A stretch of 32,000 nt of DNA. Origin: Candidatus Electronema halotolerans. GTDB lineage: Bacteria; Desulfobacterota; Desulfobulbia; Desulfobulbales; Desulfobulbaceae. The stretch spans positions 1,560,001 to 1,592,000 of the forward strand of contig OW818675.1 of the NCBI GenBank assembly GCA_942493095.1, written 5' to 3'. This document shows positions 26,589 to 32,000 of this stretch, piece by piece. How positions within the stretch are numbered: position 1 is the stretch's first letter; each line of letters begins with the position of its first letter. Under the pieces are notes generated by a model. The model was not told the origin of the DNA, ran no database searches, and saw only the letters and a program-made list of their open reading frames with translations. The translations under genes were made by a program, and so were the position numbers.

Positions 26589-27337
26589 AACGGCTTTTTG
26601 TTCTCCTGCTGACGCTCTGCTGTGTGACTGTCAGTGCCGCCTCTGCCCTGCAAGACACGGCAGGAGCACTTTTTAGGCAGGCCAACGATGCCTATCTCAA
26701 AGGCCGCTACCGGCAGGCTGCCAACCTGTATCTGCAAGTGGCGCATAATGCGGGGGTTTCCGCCGAGCTGCTCGGCAGCCTGGCAGACAGCTATGCGGCT
26801 GCCGGACAGACCGGGCTGGCTGTGCTCAACTATGAGCGCGCCCTGCGGTTGGCTCCGAGCAACGCTGTTTTGCGGGCGGATTTGCAGCAGCTCCGCAAGG
26901 AGACAGGACTGTTCCAAAAGCAGACTTGGCCGGAACGGCTGGCCGGACTGCTGGGCGCAGACCAGTGGCTGCTGCTCTCCGGCACAGCCTTTGTCCTCCT
27001 CTCTCTGACCGTGCTGGCTGTCGGCTTGTTAGGCCGAAAACGCTTTCCGCAGGCCGGACGGCTCAGTCTTCTTTTCCTCATCATCACCCTGCTGCCGCTG
27101 CCCCCAGCCCTGTTCCGTTATCAGGCGTGGCAGGACGGCGTGGTCATCAGCAGCAAAGTCAAGCTGCTCATCTCGCCCTTTGCTGGTGCTGAAGCAGTCA
27201 GCCCGCTCAAGGAAGGCAGCATTGTCCGGCCCTTGGATAAAGAATACGGTTCGTATGCCTTAGTCCGCGCTGCCAGCGGCCAGCAAGGCTGGTTAGACAA
27301 AAGCAGTTTTCAGCAGATTGCGGCCCTGCCGCTCTGA
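26585..27337 (+). CDS. TPR protein, BatE-like
   Basis: Signal peptide MKRLFVLLLTLCCVTVSAASA, ALFRQANDAYLKGRYRQAANLYLQVAHNAGVSAELLGSLADSYAAAGQTGLAVLNYERALRLAP, 2 TM, SH3-like C-terminus. ATGA overlap with BatD. Confidence 0.8.
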   Translation: MKRLFVLLLTLCCVTVSAASALQDTAGALFRQANDAYLKGRYRQAANLYLQVAHNAGVSAELLGSLADSYAAAGQTGLAVLNYERALRLAPSNAVLRADLQQLRKETGLFQKQTWPERLAGLLGADQWLLLSGTAFVLLSLTVLAVGLLGRKRFPQAGRLSLLFLIITLLPLPPALFRYQAWQDGVVISSKVKLLISPFAGAEAVSPLKEGSIVRPLDKEYGSYALVRAASGQQGWLDKSSFQQIAALPL

Positions 27338-27364
27338 CCGCACACATATTCAAGGACTTTCATC

Positions 27365-28384
27365 ATGCACGTTATTGTCACTGGCGGGGCTGGCTACATT
27401 GGCACGCACACCTGTCTGGAGCTGCTCAAGAGTGGTCACGAAGTGACTGTGATTGACAACTTGGCCAATGCCAGCCAGGAAGGGCTGCGGCGGGTGGAGC
27501 GGCTTGCAGGCAAAGCACTGCGTTTTTTTCAGGCTGATCTGGTTGACTTGTCAGCCACAGACTATGTCTTCCGCCAATGCCCGGACGCGGCAGCGGTCAT
27601 CCATTTCGCCGGTCTCAAGGCGGTGGGCGAATCCTCGGAAAAGCCGCTGCTCTATTATCACAACAACCTCACCGGCACGCTCAATCTCTGTCAGGCCATG
27701 CAGCGGCACGGGGTGAAAAATATTGTTTTCAGCTCCTCAGCCACGGTCTATGGCGACCCGGCCTCAGTGCCGATCACCGAGGATTTTCCGGCAGGCATCT
27801 GCACCAATCCCTACGCCCGCACCAAGGCCATGATTGAGGACATCCTCCGTGATATTCATACGGCGGACAGTACGTGGAACGTGATTCTGCTCCGTTATTT
27901 CAACCCAGTGGGCGCGCATGAAAGCGGCGAGATCGGTGAAGACCCGAACGGCATTCCCAACAATCTGATGCCTTATATTGCCCAAGTGGCCGTGGGCAGG
28001 CTCAAGCAGCTCTCTGTGTTCGGCAACGACTATCCCACCCCGGACGGCACCGGCGTGCGCGATTACATTCATGTGGTCGATTTGGCCAAAGGGCATCTCT
28101 GCGCCTTGGAAAAGCTGGCAGATCAGCCGGGCGCAATTGCCTACAACTTGGGCACCGGGCAGGGCTGTTCCGTGCTGGAGATGATCAAGGCCTTTGAAGA
28201 GGCATCAGGCAGAACGGTTGCTCACGTCATTGCCCCGCGCCGGAAAGGAGACATTGCCTGCTGCTATGCTGACCCCTCGCGGGCGGAAAAGGAACTGGGC
28301 TGGAAGGCGGAACGGGGCATTGCCGCAATGTGCGCGGACACATGGAACTGGCAGTCAAAAAACCCGGAAGGATACCGGCGGTGA
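27365..28384 (+). CDS. galE: UDP-glucose 4-epimerase
   Basis: VIVTGGAGYIGTHTCLELL, SSSATVYGDP, YARTKAMIE, RYFNPVGAHESGEIGEDPNGIPNNLMPYIAQVAVGR. Confidence 0.97.
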   Translation: MHVIVTGGAGYIGTHTCLELLKSGHEVTVIDNLANASQEGLRRVERLAGKALRFFQADLVDLSATDYVFRQCPDAAAVIHFAGLKAVGESSEKPLLYYHNNLTGTLNLCQAMQRHGVKNIVFSSSATVYGDPASVPITEDFPAGICTNPYARTKAMIEDILRDIHTADSTWNVILLRYFNPVGAHESGEIGEDPNGIPNNLMPYIAQVAVGRLKQLSVFGNDYPTPDGTGVRDYIHVVDLAKGHLCALEKLADQPGAIAYNLGTGQGCSVLEMIKAFEEASGRTVAHVIAPRRKGDIACCYADPSRAEKELGWKAERGIAAMCADTWNWQSKNPEGYRR

Positions 28385-28465
28385 AACAGTCCTTGCCTGA
28401 TCACGATTTTGCTGTCAATCAGCTTCTGCCGGGCCTCAGACAAAAGCCCGGCAGAAGCAATCCGC

Positions 28466-28603
28466 CTACTTGCCTGCTTTTTTCGGCGGCTTCTCTGGGG
28501 CAGCAGCCTGCGCAACCGGCGCGGCCTTGACCTTCTGGTCATGCTTCTGGGCCATCTGCTTCTTATTTTTCTCCTTGTCTTTTTTTCCGCCTTTATCTCC
28601 CAT
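28466..28603 (-). CDS. 45-aa lysine-rich small protein (not in the ORF track)
   Basis: Minus-strand ATG at 28603: MGDKGGKKDKEKNKKQMAQKHDQKVKAAPVAQAAAPEKPPKKAGK*, preceded by AAGGAG 6 nt upstream of the start codon (AAGGAGCGGAAAATG). Confidence 0.7.
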   Translation of the reverse strand: MGDKGGKKDKEKNKKQMAQKHDQKVKAAPVAQAAAPEKPPKKAGK

Positions 28604-28772
28604 TTTCCGCTCCTTGCGTGGTGTCAGTTTTTTTCGGGAGAAATCTCCCGCCTGTTTTGTATCAATCCTGTCCTCAGCGACTTATGGAACATCGACCCCA
28701 AATTTATTTCGACAGAAGGCACTTGTCAAGAAAGAAATTTGGGCGGCCAGCCCTGCCAGGTCCAAGGCTCTT

Positions 28773-29963
28773 CTATAAGGCTGATTGCAGCACGTCGATG
28801 ATATCCGCTTTGCTCAGAGCTGGGCGGCCAAGGAGCTTGCCGTCCGCATCATGGGCGACCAGCGCGGCATCCTCGGCGTACTGAGCAAACAAGGCATCGT
28901 TGATGCCAAGTTCTGACAGGCGGACAGGGCAGCCGATGGACTTGAGAAACTCCTCAAAGCGGTTGATGCCTTCCAAGGCGCAGGCAAGGTCATCGCTCCC
29001 TTTTGCCTTGAGGCCAAAGACCCGTTCGGCAAACTGGACAAATTTATTGGGACGCACCTTGGCGGCAAAACGCATCCAAGCCGGGTTGACAATGGCCAAG
29101 CCAGCACCATGCGTGATGTCATGGTGGGCGGAAAGCGCATGTTCAATCATGTGAACAGGAAAGCCCGCACTTCCGGCCCCGGCCTGGACCCAGCCGTTCA
29201 GAGCGACAATCGAGGCCCACTGCACTTGAGTGCGCGCTTCAAGGTCGCTGCCGTCAGCAATCGCCTTTTTGCCCCACTCCATCGCATTGATGATCACCCC
29301 TTCCGCAAAACGATCCTGAATCGGCGTGCCGTCGGCTCCGTTGAAATAGCCTTCAGTCACATGGGTGATGATGTCGCAGACCCCGTAAGCGGTCTGATCT
29401 TTGGGCACGCTCAGAGTCAGTTCCGGGTCAACCACCGCAGCTTTGGGATAGAGGCAGGCCGCTTGGACAAAGGATTTCACCTTGCTTGCCTCATTGCTGA
29501 TCACCGCGCCGCAGTTCATTTCCGAAGCAGTGGCCGCCAAGGTCGGCACCGTGATGATCGGCAGGGCCTTGGTCGGGATGGCCCAGTTTTCCTGTCCATG
29601 ACCGATCAGATTCCAAGGGTCGCCATCATAGAGAACAGCAGCCGCAATCACCTTGGCAGCATCCATTGTGCTGCCGCCGCCTAAAGCAATGACCACGTCA
29701 CAGCCTTCTGCTCTGGCCATGTCCGCGCCGCGCTGCACAGAAGTGATGCGCGGGTTGGGTTCAATGCCGGAGCATTCTGTCACGGCAAGCCCGGCAGCCT
29801 TCAGACTGGCCACTGCCCGGTCAAATGCGCCGCTGCGCTTGATGCTGCCGCCGCCCGTGACGAGCAGCGCCTTTTTGCCATGCCTGCTGGCCACTTCACC
29901 AAGTTGTGCGAGTTTGCCTGCGCCAAAGATCAGATGGGTCGGGTTGTGGAATTCAAAGTTCAT
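28773..29963 (-). CDS. Iron-containing alcohol dehydrogenase (butanol dehydrogenase-like)
   Basis: MNFEFHNPTHLIFGAGKLAQLGEVASRHGKKALLVTGGGSIKRSGAFDR, ALGGGSTMDAAKVIA, HMIEHALSAHHDITHGAGLAIVNPAWM. Confidence 0.95.
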   Translation of the reverse strand: MNFEFHNPTHLIFGAGKLAQLGEVASRHGKKALLVTGGGSIKRSGAFDRAVASLKAAGLAVTECSGIEPNPRITSVQRGADMARAEGCDVVIALGGGSTMDAAKVIAAAVLYDGDPWNLIGHGQENWAIPTKALPIITVPTLAATASEMNCGAVISNEASKVKSFVQAACLYPKAAVVDPELTLSVPKDQTAYGVCDIITHVTEGYFNGADGTPIQDRFAEGVIINAMEWGKKAIADGSDLEARTQVQWASIVALNGWVQAGAGSAGFPVHMIEHALSAHHDITHGAGLAIVNPAWMRFAAKVRPNKFVQFAERVFGLKAKGSDDLACALEGINRFEEFLKSIGCPVRLSELGINDALFAQYAEDAALVAHDADGKLLGRPALSKADIIDVLQSAL

Positions 29964-29975
29964 GAGGAGTGAAGA

Positions 29976-30003
29976 AGGGTGAAGTTTGAAGGGTGAATGG
30001 TGA
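29976..30003. repeat. Degenerate phased heptamer array, AGGGTGA orientation
   Basis: AGGGTGA AGTTTGA AGGGTGA ATGGTGA. Confidence 0.75.
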
Positions 30004-30012
30004 AATTCAGTG

Positions 30013-30363
30013 TCATTTTGCTTTCAGCTTTTTGCATATTGCGGTAAGGATGGCGGTCAGTTCATTGCATTCCTGTTTTAATCCGTCGAGTTGGGTGGAT
30101 TCTATCAGTTCAGCTTCTTCAATCAGTTCGAGCCAGTACAGGCTTTCGTGCGCTTCTTTCACAGCAATGCTGTATTTGGTCAGAAAGTCGGCCTTGCTTT
30201 GCGCGCCTTCTCCTTCGGCGATATTTGCCCCGATTGATGTTCCAGAGCGAAGCAGTTGTCTGCCAAGTGTTTTGTTGATTCCCGGTTTTTGATCAAGGAC
30301 TTGACAGAGTTTTACAATTCGCAGGGCAAATTTCTTTGATCGGTCTGGTAAATCACGTTTCAT
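30013..30363 (-). CDS. Four helix bundle protein (S23/23S-rRNA-intervening-sequence protein family)
   Basis: KFALRIVKLCQVLDQKPGINKTLGRQLLRSGTSIGANIAEGEGAQSKADFLTKYSIAVKEAHESLYWLELI: family hallmark SxxxANIAEG. Confidence 0.93.
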   Translation of the reverse strand: MKRDLPDRSKKFALRIVKLCQVLDQKPGINKTLGRQLLRSGTSIGANIAEGEGAQSKADFLTKYSIAVKEAHESLYWLELIEEAELIESTQLDGLKQECNELTAILTAICKKLKAK

Positions 30364-30380
30364 AATTTCATCATTTATTC

Positions 30381-30429
30381 TTTACCCTTCACACTTTACC
30401 CTTCACCTTTCAAACTTCAACCTTCACCT
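30381..30429. repeat. Degenerate phased heptamer array, TTCACCC orientation
   Basis: TTTACCC TTCACAC TTTACCC TTCACCT TTCAAAC TTCAACC TTCACCT, seven units in perfect 7-nt phase; includes the hsdS stop codon. Confidence 0.9.
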
Positions 30430-31697
30430 TTTGGAATGCGCAGTTCGCCGGAGAGGAGTTTTGGGAGCAGGGTGTCGCGGAGGGTTGCAAGTGTTTTGTT
30501 TGAGAAGCAATTTAATGAAATTTTATCAAAGTAACTTGTCCCAATCTGCAAAAAACAATTCATAATTTTTTGTGAAGGCAGCAATATACTTGCCTCATTG
30601 ACATTTCCTTTATTGATATGCTGTTGCGCTCCGCCAGTTTGAGATGAAATAATTCCCTCTATATTGTTTGTTATCCAAAGATAGACGAACTCATTTGGAA
30701 GTTCTTCTTTTCCAAGAATTCCAACAACTGATTGATTAGCACAACATTCAATTTCGTTCAGACTAACCTGACCGAGAGTTGCTCCTGTTATGGCCAGAAG
30801 AGTTGTTCTTTTTGGTAAAAGTTTTGTCGCAGATTTTCGGACTGCTTCCTCAGTAATCAATTCTGAAGGTTCAATAACTCTAAATTCATTAACCTTACCT
30901 GAATTTATCCAAGGAATGCTTCCATTATTCCAAAACTCCTTATTTTTACGTGCAGGAGTTCCACCAAGGATAGTTTCTAATTCATCACCAATTTTTGTAA
31001 TCTCCCACCCCTTGGGAACCCACCCCATTTCATCGCTGTAAACAAACTCATCAGGGAAAAGAGCGCGGATTTCAGCAGGAAGCGGCTTGCGCTTGTCGCC
31101 CAATGCAGCACGAGCAGCAGCACGTCCAGCAATCTCCTCCGGCACTTCCTTGCCGCTGGCAATGGCATTGTCAATCACCGGGTCAAAATCAACAAACCAG
31201 CTTTTGAACAATGCCTGCGCCATCGCCTCCAAGGTTTCATTCATCCGCCGGTTTAACTCGATTCGGTCATCAAGAGAACCAAGAATATGGGCAATGGCTT
31301 TTTGTTCTGAGAGTGGAGGAACTTTAATTTCTATCGGATGGATAAAGTTTCGATTCAAAGACGGTTGAGCACTGCCAGAATTAAATCTGGTAAAATCTAT
31401 TGATTTTAAAAGATAATATGCAAACTTCGGATAATTACCATGAAACTCGTTCACGTAGAGGGCAGTATTCAACGGCCAATAATCAATTGGCGAGTATGAA
31501 ACCACCCCAATAGATCCACCACTGCGACCAATTGTTACACCTGGTCCAGTGGCCTTGCTTTCGTTATGCCATCCTGTAATCCCAAAGGAGCCTAATATTG
31601 GTACCTTTCCTATAGTTCTTTTGCCTTCAGGTAAATCATGTCCTCTTTGTAAGGTCACAAATTCACCAAGCGTTTTGTCCTTCCACTCATTCCCCAT
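30417..31697 (-). CDS. hsdS: Type I restriction-modification specificity subunit (HsdS), two target recognition domains
   Basis: WKDKTLGEFVTLQRGHDLPEG..., PPLSEQKAIAHILGSLDDRIELNRRMNETLEAMAQALFKSWFVDFDPV, GWVPKGWEITKIGDELETILGGTPARKNKEFWNNGSIPWINSGKV, TLRDTLLPKLLSGELRI. Confidence 0.93.
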   Translation of the reverse strand: MGNEWKDKTLGEFVTLQRGHDLPEGKRTIGKVPILGSFGITGWHNESKATGPGVTIGRSGGSIGVVSYSPIDYWPLNTALYVNEFHGNYPKFAYYLLKSIDFTRFNSGSAQPSLNRNFIHPIEIKVPPLSEQKAIAHILGSLDDRIELNRRMNETLEAMAQALFKSWFVDFDPVIDNAIASGKEVPEEIAGRAAARAALGDKRKPLPAEIRALFPDEFVYSDEMGWVPKGWEITKIGDELETILGGTPARKNKEFWNNGSIPWINSGKVNEFRVIEPSELITEEAVRKSATKLLPKRTTLLAITGATLGQVSLNEIECCANQSVVGILGKEELPNEFVYLWITNNIEGIISSQTGGAQQHINKGNVNEASILLPSQKIMNCFLQIGTSYFDKISLNCFSNKTLATLRDTLLPKLLSGELRIPKGEG

Positions 31698-31792
31698 AAC
31701 CCAGCACCTCCAAATTCCTCAGAATCACCGAATCAAACTCCGCCGCACCCCACATAACACCTCGGCATGAGAGGTAATATATCCCCCCAATC

Positions 31793-31827
31793 TTCACCCT
31801 TCACCCTTAACCCTTCCCACTTCACCC
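31793..31827. repeat. Degenerate phased heptamer array, TTCACCC orientation
   Basis: TTCACCC TTCACCC TTAACCC TTCCCAC TTCACCC, five units, overlapping the stop codon of the SbcC-like ORF. Confidence 0.85.
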
Positions 31828-32000
31828 ACCCCTCACTCCCGGCCCTCTGATCAAGCTCCGCCCGCCCGCTTTAGGCAGCACCTCAATTCGACAAGCAATC
31901 CGCTCCTTGAGCGCAGCAACATGCGAAATCACCCCGATCAGCCGCCCTTCGCGGCGCAGCTCGGCCAGACTTTCCAAGGCCGTGTCCAAGGCTGCATCAT
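31822..32000 (-). CDS. sbcC: SbcC-like exonuclease subunit, C-terminal fragment truncated by window edge
   Basis: Not in the track; minus-strand reading gives DAALDTALESLAELRREGRLIGVISHVAALKERIACRIEVLPKAGGRSLIRGPGVRGG*, matching the SbcC D-loop/Walker-B-distal tail (GVISHVxxLKERI). Confidence 0.85.
   Translation of the reverse strand, partial: DAALDTALESLAELRREGRLIGVISHVAALKERIACRIEVLPKAGGRSLIRGPGVRGG

Noticed and set aside
28409-28801. 130-aa plus-strand ORF after galE
   Set aside because: It overlaps the minus-strand 45-aa ORF with its good RBS, has an odd Ser/Phe-rich composition and no family features; low support.
1-32000. CRISPR arrays, retrons or DGR-like template/variable repeats
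   Set aside because: No regularly spaced direct repeats of CRISPR size, no reverse transcriptase ORF, and no Cas proteins were seen in any listed frame.

Overview
This 32 kb window looks like a deltaproteobacterial (Desulfobulbales-like) chromosome segment; the taxonomic guess is inference from gene content and order. On the minus strand from the left edge: partial polysaccharide-export lipoprotein, zinc-type alcohol dehydrogenase, acyl-CoA ligase-like enzyme, two TatA/B-like proteins, SPFH and NfeD membrane pair, tyrS, rny, a strong 6S RNA candidate, a ZapB-like coiled coil, and a Nudix hydrolase. On the plus strand: LysM/SLT murein transglycosylase, MoaE-like protein, YihY-family protein, TatD-family DNase. 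These are followed by the most unusual object, a 2169-aa exported multidomain protein (Ig-like repeats, carboxypeptidase-regulatory-like domain, six-unit NHL repeat region, RHS/YD repeats, RHS core). It ends in an unrecognised Cys-rich C-terminal tip with no immunity ORF behind it. Next is a RAYT-type Y1 transposase bracketed by near-identical long palindromes, then gpsA, a Bat aerotolerance-like cluster with a BatB-BatC fusion, and galE. The right end (mostly minus strand) holds an unlisted 45-aa Lys-rich small ORF, an iron-type alcohol dehydrogenase, a four-helix-bundle protein, an apparently orphan two-TRD HsdS, and the C-terminus of an SbcC-like protein. The last three junctions carry phased degenerate heptamer arrays. 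I found no CRISPR array, rRNA or tRNA. I cannot show a complete novel defence system. The best candidates for new biology are the Rhs tip, the RAYT/palindrome module and the heptamer-bounded hsdS/4HB island.
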